Origin: Candidatus Omnitrophota bacterium
GTDB lineage: Bacteria > Omnitrophota > Gorgyraeia > JAHIPI01
Length of the DNA: 64,000 bases
Direction of reading: 5' to 3'
Assembly: GCA_016783745.1 (NCBI GenBank)
Contig: JADHVZ010000004.1
Coordinates: 3,544 to 67,543, forward strand
Both the position numbers and the translations under genes were made by a program. Each line of letters starts with the position of its first letter. The first letter of the stretch is position 1. This document shows, in pieces, positions 49,058-58,592 of this stretch. The notes under the pieces are model-generated. The model did no database searches and had not been told where the DNA came from. It saw nothing but the letters and a program-made list of their open reading frames with translations.

Positions 49058-50435
49058 GCTGAGAAAATTTTTAAATCCGCAGCCGTCGATAGGTATCGCT
49101 TATATAGCGGCGGTTTTAAGAAAAAACGGCTATGATGTAAAAATAACCGATGCCTATGTCGATGAAAACGGCATAGAAGAGATCATGGATGCGGTAAAGG
49201 AGTATTCGCCCGGTGTCATCGGCATAAGCGTTTTGACTGCATCTGCGGATGTGGTTTACGAAATATCAAAAACCATACGCGCGAGATTTCCTTATATTAA
49301 AATCGTAATGGGGAATATTCATGCGTCTCTATTTTCAGACGAGATATTATCAAAGGGCTATGCCGATTTCATAGTGCATCGCGAGGGAGAGCTGACTATG
49401 CTTGAGATCCTTCGAATGCTGGAGACCGGCGGAGATGCCGAAGATATAAAAGGCGTGTCCTTTAAAAAAGAAGGCACCGCCGTACATAATCCTATGAGGC
49501 CGTTTATAGCCGAACTCGATGATCTTCCTTATCCGGCGTGGGACTTGTTTCCGCTGGATAAATATTCTACCGACCCAAGGTCCGAGCTGAAAAGGGGCGC
49601 GGTTCCGATGGAATTACTTGTGACCAGAGGTTGCCCGTTTCAGTGCACATTCTGCTCCTCAAGAGAAGATAGAAGCCTTGGCAGTAGATATAGGATGCGG
49701 GATCCTAAAACGGTAGTGAACGAAATGGTCTATATGTACGAGAGGTACGGCAAGGATACCTTCGCATTTATGGATTTGGCATTTCCTCTTGTAAAGGAGC
49801 ACGCATACGGGTTGTGCGATGAGATAATTAATAGGGGATATGGAGAGAGGTTTATTTGGCATACCGAATGCCGCGTTACACCTCTTGACCAGGAACTGCT
49901 TTTTCATATGAGGAAAGCGGGTTGTGTGAGGTTATACCTCGGTATCGAATCCGGCAATGACGAAACCCTTAAGGCACTTAAGAAAAACTGCACGACAGAA
50001 GATGCTAGAAATGCCGTGAAAATGGCCCATGGGGCCGGGATGGAAGTCGACGGGATGTTTATGATAGGCCTGCCGGGCGAGACCGAGGAAATGATAGAGA
50101 AGACCGTTGATTTTGCCATAGAGCTGGATGTAAGATATGCGATCTTTAATCTATTCGTCCCTTAGCCCGGGTGCGAGCTCTGGGATACGTTGCGGGGAGA
50201 AGGCAAAGTTAAATATACGAACTGGAGCGACTTTACCTCGTATCCGACGTATTCTGGCGGCGAGCCGATATATGTCCCTGACGGCATTACCAAAGACAGG
50301 CTTATGGAATTGCAGTCCCGTGCCATGAAAAGGTTTTATGTAAGGCCGAGGTTTATTTTTGATGAGTTCAAAAGGTTTAAAATAGATAAGACGGCGCATT
50401 ATTTGGAAGGGTTGAAAGGTATCCTTTTATGGTGA
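49005..50435 (+). pseudogene. Cobalamin-binding radical SAM protein interrupted by an in-frame TAG
   Basis: GNIHAS, EGE, RGCPFQCTFC, GIESG, MIGLPGET; FNLFVP-TAG(50163-50165)-PGCELW continues in frame into ORF 50190-50435, so the stop sits at the aromatic residue of a P[YF]PG motif. Confidence 0.85.
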
Positions 50436-52561
50436 AAAATAAAGACAAAAAAATATTCTTAATTGTAATCCTAATTTGCCTGATTTTTCTGCCAACATCA
50501 AGGCTGCTTACCACCGGCACCTCAGCCAACTTTCTTATGCAGGCATTGCACCTGGTCAGAGGAGATAAGGATTGGGTCGGCTGTTACGGCACTTTCGGGT
50601 CCCATGCCCTGAAGCCGCCCGGGTATTCGATACTGATGGCCGGAGTTTTTAAGATCGCCGGCATTTCCTTAGAAAGTGTTTTTTACGCAACAAGATTTTT
50701 TTACGGACTGAATGTGCTGGTTGTTTTTCTGCTGGCGAGTGCCCTGTTCGGAACCGGCGCAGGTCTTATAAGCAGCATATTCATTGTCTCATCCTACGCG
50801 ATAAATGACGCGGGGACGTACTTAAATTATGACGTCATAAATCCCTCTCTTATATTATTGAGTATATGGATTTTTATTAAGCAGTTCCGAAGCAATAAAT
50901 TGACGTATTCTTTTTTATCGGGCGTTGTTTTAGGGTCAGCGTATTGGATAAGGGAGTTTACCCTGTTGTTTATACTGTTGCCATGGTGTATATTTTTATT
51001 CAAAAAAGAATTCGGCTTGAAATATGTCATTAAATCCATAGCGGCATTCTATGTCTCCTTTGCTATAGTGATAGCCCCGTGGATGATCTACGTTCTGAAT
51101 AAAGGATTGGGGCCGCTTATGATATTAGGCGGAGGTTCGCCGGAATCGCTCGGCAAGGTTTACGGCAACTCGAACATGATATCTCTTGTCATAAATAAAG
51201 AGATGTTCAAAGGCCTGGCCGAATATTACAGGGATTATTTGAAGCCCAATTTTATTATCGCGCCTCTTATGGTGATCGCCTGGCTATATACAATGGCTTT
51301 AAGTATCATTAAAAGAAACAGAAATGTGATTTTTTTAGGAATATGCGGGGCATTATGCCTGCCTCTATTGATATTTCTCGGCAAGACGGGTGAAAGGCTG
51401 GGGCAGGCCGTGATATTCTTTGATCTGAGCTTTATTGCCGTCGCGTTTATGCTGGTAAACGCTGCCGGCTTGATTTCCTCAAAAGCGGTCATATTGCGGC
51501 GTAAGCGCGTACAGATCTTAGCCATAACGCTTTTAGCTGTTTTAGCTGCCGTTTCCTTGATCGTAAGCCCTAAGATAAGAAAGCGGACAAAGGCGCGCGT
51601 AACTGCCATAAAGAGTTTCTACGTTGACGGAAGATTTAAGATGGAGGGGCGGCTTAATCCTTATGTTAAAGATGCGTGCGAGTGGCTGGTCGCTAATCTG
51701 CCTAAGGGCGATATAGTGTACGTCGACGGCGGGATATGGGAGACTTTTGATTTTTTCACAAGGCTCAATTTTGATAAGAGGTCCATGGAAATAAACGGCG
51801 GTTGGTATAATTTAGCGACAGATACCGTCAAAGCCTCCGCCCTCAAAGGGGGCGATATAATAGGGTTTTGGCCCTCCATGAGCATTAACATGAATACTAA
51901 AAGTAAATACGACAGATATAGAAAAGTGGAATTTATCACTAAAGAACCTATGTACGATTTGCTTCAAAAAGCAATAGACGCTCACGTAGTCGTCTCAAAC
52001 AGGAATAATTTCATAGGCTATTATTTAGAGAGAATGGGCGCGGTCTTAAAATATAAGAATCGCGAGGTGAGGATCTATAGCGGCCTGAAGGATCCCTTAG
52101 GCCTCCGCAATGAGGTATCGTTGATCACGGGTGACTCATTTGTCAGTATTATACCATGGCTCAAGGAGACATATCCGGACGAGTACGGTGATTTTGAGGA
52201 TTTTCTCGGCAGGCAAAACTTGACGTATGACGACTTGCTTGAAAATACCTATAAGAAACATCAGAAGGATTGGATCACTCAAAATATACCCATGGGATCC
52301 AAGATCGCCCTTTCCTGCTGCTGCGAGGTAAAAGATTTTTTTATAACGGACTTTCAGTCCAAACTCTGCAATCAGGATAAACCTCTATCATGGTTTAAAG
52401 AAAGATATGATTTTTTAATCATACATTGGTGCATGCGATATTATAATTCGCTTCCGGGCTTATTCGAAGATATAGAAGGGGAAGATGCCGTGATTTGGTT
52501 TCCGAATAGCCCATACTTAGGAGAAGGGTCAGGGGAGGTGTATAAACTAAAAAGTGAATAA
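50429..52561 (+). CDS. GT-C (ArnT/PMT-like) multi-TM glycosyltransferase
   Basis: KPPGY, many TM helices, SGVVLGSAYWIRE, IAPW, large extracytoplasmic C-domain. Confidence 0.75.
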   Translation: MVKNKDKKIFLIVILICLIFLPTSRLLTTGTSANFLMQALHLVRGDKDWVGCYGTFGSHALKPPGYSILMAGVFKIAGISLESVFYATRFFYGLNVLVVFLLASALFGTGAGLISSIFIVSSYAINDAGTYLNYDVINPSLILLSIWIFIKQFRSNKLTYSFLSGVVLGSAYWIREFTLLFILLPWCIFLFKKEFGLKYVIKSIAAFYVSFAIVIAPWMIYVLNKGLGPLMILGGGSPESLGKVYGNSNMISLVINKEMFKGLAEYYRDYLKPNFIIAPLMVIAWLYTMALSIIKRNRNVIFLGICGALCLPLLIFLGKTGERLGQAVIFFDLSFIAVAFMLVNAAGLISSKAVILRRKRVQILAITLLAVLAAVSLIVSPKIRKRTKARVTAIKSFYVDGRFKMEGRLNPYVKDACEWLVANLPKGDIVYVDGGIWETFDFFTRLNFDKRSMEINGGWYNLATDTVKASALKGGDIIGFWPSMSINMNTKSKYDRYRKVEFITKEPMYDLLQKAIDAHVVVSNRNNFIGYYLERMGAVLKYKNREVRIYSGLKDPLGLRNEVSLITGDSFVSIIPWLKETYPDEYGDFEDFLGRQNLTYDDLLENTYKKHQKDWITQNIPMGSKIALSCCCEVKDFFITDFQSKLCNQDKPLSWFKERYDFLIIHWCMRYYNSLPGLFEDIEGEDAVIWFPNSPYLGEGSGEVYKLKSE

Positions 52562-53780
52562 AGCGCAGAATGTATTGAAGAAAATGCCGGGTGTTTCCGC
52601 CGCCGGAGATATATTCCGGAAAAAAGTCTTACACTGGCTTCTTTCCATGCAGACGGGAGCCACTCAATTCCGGATGAACAACATGGCCGATAGTACAATA
52701 TTCACCTCCTGCTTCGCTTTGTTTATTTTTGACATTCTGGGTGAGACGAAAAAGTGGCTGCGGGAAGAAAAAGACTTATGGGTCAGATATATAACTTCCT
52801 ACCAGGATAAAGAGACGGGTTATTTCATACCGGATAATTATAAGGGCGACCTGGATACAAAAACCGTACAGCAGCTCACATGTTTCTGCCTCAGCGCGCT
52901 TGAGATCCTGAAAGCGTCCCCTAATTACAAACTCTCTTTTCTTAAAAAGTGGCCGCAGCCAAGCAATATTTACGACTATTTGAACAGAATCGGGTGCTTT
53001 CAAGGAAAGCCTATGACAGGTAATATGGCCATGTTTCTGGCTATTTTCCTGACATATCAGTATGAGAAATGCGGGGACGAATTAGCGCTCAATTTTATCG
53101 ATACATGGTTTCACTGGCACGAAAGGACGCAGAACAAAAGGACCGGTTTCTGGGGAAAAGGGGTAAGCAATAAATATTATTTCGGATTTCAAAACGCTTT
53201 TCACCAGCTTCTTATTTATGACTACTGGAACAGGCCTATCCCTAATCACGAACGCATCATAGACTCTGTGCTTTTACTGCAGGATGAGGAAGGCTATTTC
53301 GCGCCGACTCCCGGTGGCTGGGCCTGTTATGATTATGACGCTATCCACATTCTGTCTCACGCGTACCGTACCATCGATCATAGAAAAAATAATATAGAGA
53401 ACAGCCTTAAAAAGGTATTTCACGCGATAATAGCCAAGCAAAACAGTGACGGCGGCTTTTGCCAGTCAAGCGAGAAGCCTTCAAGTATGACAGATATATT
53501 CAATAATAGAGATTTCTTTATCCGTAACGACGCGCCCTATCTCGCCTATTACAGGATGAGAAACGCCTTAAGCATATTGCTTAAAGGCAATAAGACCATT
53601 ATGACGAAATGGACAGTGAAGGGTAGGTTGTGGAACGAAAGCAATCTCTGGGATACATGGTTGTACTGTCTTTGCCTTGCAGAGATCGCGAATTCCATCG
53701 AGATCGAGAAGCATCTCGATCTGAAGAATACAAATTTTCATAAAATGGCAGGCATAGGATATTTTAACCCGAGGAAATAG
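52554..53780 (+). CDS. Alpha/alpha-toroid protein with prenyltransferase/squalene-cyclase QW-like repeats
   Basis: QDKETGYF, QNKRTGFW, QDEEGYF, QNSDGGF. Confidence 0.6.
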   Translation: MNKAQNVLKKMPGVSAAGDIFRKKVLHWLLSMQTGATQFRMNNMADSTIFTSCFALFIFDILGETKKWLREEKDLWVRYITSYQDKETGYFIPDNYKGDLDTKTVQQLTCFCLSALEILKASPNYKLSFLKKWPQPSNIYDYLNRIGCFQGKPMTGNMAMFLAIFLTYQYEKCGDELALNFIDTWFHWHERTQNKRTGFWGKGVSNKYYFGFQNAFHQLLIYDYWNRPIPNHERIIDSVLLLQDEEGYFAPTPGGWACYDYDAIHILSHAYRTIDHRKNNIENSLKKVFHAIIAKQNSDGGFCQSSEKPSSMTDIFNNRDFFIRNDAPYLAYYRMRNALSILLKGNKTIMTKWTVKGRLWNESNLWDTWLYCLCLAEIANSIEIEKHLDLKNTNFHKMAGIGYFNPRK

Positions 53781-53782
53781 AT

Positions 53783-54916
53783 ATGATTAAACCGCATGGC
53801 GGCAGATTGATAAACCGATACGTTAAAACGGGATCCGTGGCGCCCTTGCGCGGCTTACCGCGTGTACGTTTATCAGAGGTGGCTCTTTCCGACCTTTATA
53901 ATATCGCTGACGGCACATTCAGCCCGTTGACCGGTTTTATGAGGGGCCCCGAGCTCGGCGATGTTATTAACAGGAATAAAGTGAACGGGGTGCCGTGGAC
54001 TATTCCGGTCGTGCTGGACGCGGATAAGGCGGCCGTAAATGGCCTTAAGAAGGGAAAGTCTATCGCGCTTGAAGGCGATGACGGCAAAGTCGTGGCCAGG
54101 ATGGAATTAGAGGACATATATACCCATAAAAAAGACGAATACGCCCTGAAGGTGTTTGGCACCAGGGACCGCAGACATCCCGGAGTGAATCTGGCGTATG
54201 AGATGAAGGAGTATCTTTTGGGCGGAAAGGTGCATGTTTTCAGGAAGCAGGATAACGTAAAGAATTATCTTTCACCGCTTGAGGTCCGTAAGATAATCAC
54301 GGATAAAGGTTACAAGTCTGTTGCGGGCTTCCAGACAAGAAATGTGCTTCACCGCGCCCATGAATACCTGCAGCGCTGCGCGCTGGAACATGTGGACGGA
54401 CTTTTTCTGCAGCCGATCATAGGCTGGAAAAAGAAAGGTGATTTTACCGCGGATGCCATAATCAAGGCATACCGTGAATTTATATCTGACTATTATCCGG
54501 GAAACAGGGTGGTATTCGGGACTTTAAAAACAGCGATGCGTTACGCGGGCCCAAAGGAAGCCGTTTTTCATGCTATAATCAGAAAGAATTTCGGATGCAC
54601 TCATTTTATCGTGGGAAGGGACCATGCCGGTGTGGGCGGCTATTACGGAAAATATGAAGCGCACGATATATTTGATAAGATCGGGGATGTCGGTATCAAT
54701 ATTTTAAAGTTCAAGGAACCGCTTTATTGCAAAAAATGTGATCTGGTCGTAACAGAGAAGACTTGCGGCCACGGCCCCGAATATCACCAGGAGATAAGCG
54801 GTACTTTAGTCAGGAAGATAATCAAGAACGGGCATCAGCCGAAGCATAAGATCTTCAGGCCGGAAGTCTATAAGATATTACTTAAAGAGTTTAAGAGGAA
54901 ACATTTGTTTTATTAA
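53783..54916 (+). CDS. sat: Sulfate adenylyltransferase (ATP sulfurylase)
   Basis: PHGGRL, FSPLTGFM, FQTRNVLHRAHE, MRYAGPKEA, VGRDHAG, CKKC...C.H, ISGT. Confidence 0.93.
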   Translation: MIKPHGGRLINRYVKTGSVAPLRGLPRVRLSEVALSDLYNIADGTFSPLTGFMRGPELGDVINRNKVNGVPWTIPVVLDADKAAVNGLKKGKSIALEGDDGKVVARMELEDIYTHKKDEYALKVFGTRDRRHPGVNLAYEMKEYLLGGKVHVFRKQDNVKNYLSPLEVRKIITDKGYKSVAGFQTRNVLHRAHEYLQRCALEHVDGLFLQPIIGWKKKGDFTADAIIKAYREFISDYYPGNRVVFGTLKTAMRYAGPKEAVFHAIIRKNFGCTHFIVGRDHAGVGGYYGKYEAHDIFDKIGDVGINILKFKEPLYCKKCDLVVTEKTCGHGPEYHQEISGTLVRKIIKNGHQPKHKIFRPEVYKILLKEFKRKHLFY

Positions 54917-54927
54917 TCATGATAATT

Positions 54928-55090
54928 AAATCACAAATAACAAGCATCAAATCACAAACAAATAACAATCACCAAATTCCAAATCTCAAACAAGCTGTTT
55001 TGAATTTTGAATTTGATATTTTGAATTTGTTTGTTATTTGTAATTTGTGATTTGTAATTTATTCGTTATTTGTTTGTAATTTGTAATTTC
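54928..55090. repeat. Long imperfect hairpin built from AAATnnC / GnnATTT heptamers
   Basis: Left arm AAATCAC AAATAAC...AAATTCC AAATCTC; centre AAACA-agc-TGTTT (54988-55000); right arm TTTGTTA TTTGTAA TTTGTGA TTTGTAA... Confidence 0.9.
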
Positions 55091-55133
55091 ATGCTAATTT
55101 GAAATATACATCGATTTGTTCAAGGGAGAATTT

Positions 55134-56561
55134 ATGAATAAAACTAAAATAGTATGCACAATAGGCCCAAGTTCATGCGAGGTGCCTGTACTTAAGAAAC
55201 TGATCAACGCGGGGATGAACGTTGTCCGGTTGAACGGGTCGCATAACAGCCTGGACTGGCATGAAGCCGTGATCAAGCGCATAAGATCACTGGATAAGAA
55301 CATCTCAATACTTCTTGACCTGCCCGGCAGGAAGATACGGACAAAGGCCTGGGGAAGGTCATTTCACTTCGCTAAGGGGCAGAGGCTTGTATTCACATCG
55401 AGTCAGGACTACAGAGGTGAGGGTAAAATACCCGTAAATCACAGTGAGATCCACCGCGCGCTAAAAAAATCGGATATGATCCTGGCGGAAGACGGAACGC
55501 TGAAATTCAAAGTCGAATCAATCGATGGCCGGGATATACTGTGCAGGGCGCTTTCCACCTGCACGCTGGAAAGCGGGAAGGGCCTGAATATCCCCTCAGT
55601 AAAGCTCGGCGCGGCGGTAGCCACGGAAACAGATAAAAAGCTGATAAGATTTGCCATAAATAAGGGCGTGGATTGGGTCGGTTTATCCTATGTCGAAAAC
55701 GGCGAACAGGTGAGAAAGGTCAAAAGACTACTGGCGGGCAGCGGCATAGGCGTTGTATCGAAAATAGAGAACCAGGCAGCTCTTGAGAATCTCGAGAGCA
55801 TTATAGAGGAATCAGCCGCCCTGATGGTGGACAGAGGAGACCTGGGGGCTGAGATCGGGATCGAGCGCATAAGTTTAGCGCAAAAAGGTGTTATATCCAG
55901 AGGCAATGAATACGGTAAACCTGTAATAGTAGCCACGGAGATGCTTCATTCAATGGTCCATAATCCTCATCCCACAAAGGCTGAGGTCATGGATATAAGC
56001 AATTCCATTCTCGACGGCGCTTCGGCGATCATGCTGTCGGCCGAGACGGCTGTAGGCAAGAACCCCGTAGCCGCCGTGAAGATCATGAGGAGTGTCGCCA
56101 ATGAAGTCGAGAAAGGCCGTTCTATTTACGATAAGGCCATGGTTTCTTTAAAGCGCACTTCAATACCCAACGCCATCGGAAGATCTATCTATGAGATATG
56201 TAAAGAGATGCCCATAGATAAAGTAGTATGCATCACATTTTCGGGTTATGCGGCAAGCATGGTCAGCCGCTACCGCATAGAACCTCCTATTATAGCCGTA
56301 AGCGATAAGCTGGAGAAAACCAGGGCGTTTAATCTGTTGTGGGGGGTGGAAGGGGTACCGCTTAAGATACGATTTTACCGGGACAGGTATGACCATATAC
56401 TGGAGAGCGCGGAAAAACTCTGGAGGGCCGGAAGACTTTCCGGTTCCGACCAGGTCATATTCACCGCAGTATTATTCCCGAAAAAAGGCAATAAGATGAA
56501 TTTTCTCGCGATACATAAAATCAGCGATTTGGAGAGGGTGTTCAAGTGGAAGAAAAAATAG
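55134..56561 (+). CDS. pyk: Pyruvate kinase homologue with divergent active-site motifs
   Basis: KTKIVCTIGP, RLNGSH, KIEN, MVDRGDLG, ATEML, AIMLSAETA, C-terminal PK_C domain; ATG 55134 after AAGGGAG. Confidence 0.85.
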   Translation: MNKTKIVCTIGPSSCEVPVLKKLINAGMNVVRLNGSHNSLDWHEAVIKRIRSLDKNISILLDLPGRKIRTKAWGRSFHFAKGQRLVFTSSQDYRGEGKIPVNHSEIHRALKKSDMILAEDGTLKFKVESIDGRDILCRALSTCTLESGKGLNIPSVKLGAAVATETDKKLIRFAINKGVDWVGLSYVENGEQVRKVKRLLAGSGIGVVSKIENQAALENLESIIEESAALMVDRGDLGAEIGIERISLAQKGVISRGNEYGKPVIVATEMLHSMVHNPHPTKAEVMDISNSILDGASAIMLSAETAVGKNPVAAVKIMRSVANEVEKGRSIYDKAMVSLKRTSIPNAIGRSIYEICKEMPIDKVVCITFSGYAASMVSRYRIEPPIIAVSDKLEKTRAFNLLWGVEGVPLKIRFYRDRYDHILESAEKLWRAGRLSGSDQVIFTAVLFPKKGNKMNFLAIHKISDLERVFKWKKK

Positions 56562-57715
56562 TCCTTATTTCAAAAGATATTTTAAGAGCAGACTACCTGC
56601 CCGCATACGGTAACAAATACTGGAAGACCCCCAACATCGACGAATTAGCCTGCAAAGGTACCATATTCAGAAGGCATTATGTCTCTTCGCCTTCTACGGG
56701 TATGGGATTCACGTGCATGTTTTCCGGGCTGAATGCCTATGAACTCGAAAGAAAGAGCTTTACCGTGGTCGACGAATTCAAACAGGCCGCCACGCTTTTT
56801 GACTTATTAGTAGAAAAAGGGTATGCCTGCCATGTCTTATGGGATGAATTTTGGTGGGAAAAAATAGGATACCCCTATTCCAAATGTTATGGCCCGAGCA
56901 CCGTCTTTCATAATATAAAGATCGGGCAGATGGTGGGGCCTCATAAGATCGATAAGAGTGAGGTTGCCGAGGGCCAGGGAGAAAAAACAATAGAAAAAAT
57001 CACCGCGGAAGTAGATTCGATAAAGGACGACAAGCTTTTTCTTTGGATCCATTTGCCGCATGTGGTATACGGCCGGACCGCATACGGTTCGGATATAGAC
57101 TTGTTTGACAGATTAGTCGGAGATATCAGGAACAGGTTTTCGGACGGATCTATCTATATTACGGCCGATCACGGCCATATGAATTGCGAGAAGGGGCTGC
57201 CCATATACGGATTCCACGTATATGAGGGAGCGGTCCGGATCCCTTTGATCACGCCGCGAATAGACAATATGGGGGAAGTAAGATTTCCCACGAGTAATAT
57301 ACAATTGAAGGATATAATCTTGAATAAAAAGCTGGCCAGGCCGGATTATGTTTTCTGCGATACGCAGTATTACGCTCAGCCGCACAGAAAATTAGCGGTT
57401 ATAAAAGATAACTATAAGTACATTTACAACAAGTGGGACGGGACAGAAGAGCTGTATGATTGCGAATGGGACAAAAATGAAGATGTAAACCTGCTGAAAA
57501 AGAAGTGGTTTGACCGTGACAGGTTCAGATGGTATCACACAGCGGAGATTTATTTTTACCCCTATTATGAAAAGGCTTACGAATATTACCGCCTTCTCAA
57601 GGCAAAGAAAGATGAGATCTGGAGAAAGAGCGCTTTTTTGGAAGAGGCTATAAATCTTCTCAAGTATCAGGCGAAAGCGTTCTTAAAAAAAATAGAAAAT
57701 ATAAAGAAACGATAA
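56546..57715 (+). CDS. Sulfatase/alkaline-phosphatase-superfamily hydrolase/transferase
   Basis: ISKDILRAD, TPNIDEL, SPSTGM, TADHG, RIPLI, ELYD; no signal peptide. Confidence 0.8.
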   Translation: MEEKIVLISKDILRADYLPAYGNKYWKTPNIDELACKGTIFRRHYVSSPSTGMGFTCMFSGLNAYELERKSFTVVDEFKQAATLFDLLVEKGYACHVLWDEFWWEKIGYPYSKCYGPSTVFHNIKIGQMVGPHKIDKSEVAEGQGEKTIEKITAEVDSIKDDKLFLWIHLPHVVYGRTAYGSDIDLFDRLVGDIRNRFSDGSIYITADHGHMNCEKGLPIYGFHVYEGAVRIPLITPRIDNMGEVRFPTSNIQLKDIILNKKLARPDYVFCDTQYYAQPHRKLAVIKDNYKYIYNKWDGTEELYDCEWDKNEDVNLLKKKWFDRDRFRWYHTAEIYFYPYYEKAYEYYRLLKAKKDEIWRKSAFLEEAINLLKYQAKAFLKKIENIKKR

Positions 57716-57725
57716 GAGCTAAGAT

Positions 57726-58592
57726 ATGAAAGTAGTCATCCTTACGCACTCTAGTGACAGGCATTATTATTTTTGCAACCGGCTCATAGAAAATGTGAAT
57801 GTCGTAGGAGTTATTTCCGGGGCCAAGACTGTTTATAGTGGATTCGGAGAAAAACTGAGGAAGGCGGTCAGCAAGAATGGATTTAAGTATAAAGCTGGCA
57901 GCATATCATTGAACATATTTTTCAGAAAATACGGAAATCTTTTCAGACAGGAAAAGGAAGCCGCGGAAGAGATGTTTTTCAGTGGAGAGAAAGACGCCTT
58001 TCAGAAAAATTATTCCGGCCTGTTACTTGCTCATGTCGGCTCCCCGCGCCGCTCTATAAACGATAAATATTATATTGATCTCATCCGTCAAAAAAATCCT
58101 GACGTTATCGCGGTGATGGGAACCTGCCTGCTCGGCAAAGAAATTATCTCTTCCGCTCCGCATGCCCTCAATTTGCACACGGGATTAGCCCCATATTACA
58201 GAGGGGACAGCACCAATTTGTGGCCTATCATCGAGGAGGATTTTGGCGTCTTCGGAGCCACTGTTCACAGGATGTCTTTAGGTATCGATTCGGGCGACAT
58301 CATTTTTACGAAGCAGCCCGCGGTTTATCGGGATGATACCTTTGGAAAAATTAACAGCAGATGTATTGAGATCGGGACTGAACGTATGATCAGGGCGATC
58401 AAGGGCCTTGAAAGCGGAAAAGCGACTTTCGTAAAACAGTGGACAAGAGGAAAATTATTCAATAGTCGGGATGTAAACAGCTATACCGCATACAGATACT
58501 TTAAAACAAAAGAAAAATATCTTTCAAGGTATTGCGAGCTTAAGGCAAGCGATCGATTACCCCGGATAAGGACTATCGGCGATGTTTTTTAA
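57726..58592 (+). CDS. Formyltransferase (Formyl_trans_N)
   Basis: LNLHTGLAPYYRG, GATVH, IDSGDI. Confidence 0.85.
   Translation: MKVVILTHSSDRHYYFCNRLIENVNVVGVISGAKTVYSGFGEKLRKAVSKNGFKYKAGSISLNIFFRKYGNLFRQEKEAAEEMFFSGEKDAFQKNYSGLLLAHVGSPRRSINDKYYIDLIRQKNPDVIAVMGTCLLGKEIISSAPHALNLHTGLAPYYRGDSTNLWPIIEEDFGVFGATVHRMSLGIDSGDIIFTKQPAVYRDDTFGKINSRCIEIGTERMIRAIKGLESGKATFVKQWTRGKLFNSRDVNSYTAYRYFKTKEKYLSRYCELKASDRLPRIRTIGDVF

Noticed and set aside
50163-50165. Pyrrolysine or genome-wide TAG recoding
   Set aside because: Many genes here end at TAG next to the following gene (e.g. 19664, 30804, 39185, 42028, 53780), the position corresponds to a Tyr/Phe motif residue, and no pyl genes are seen.
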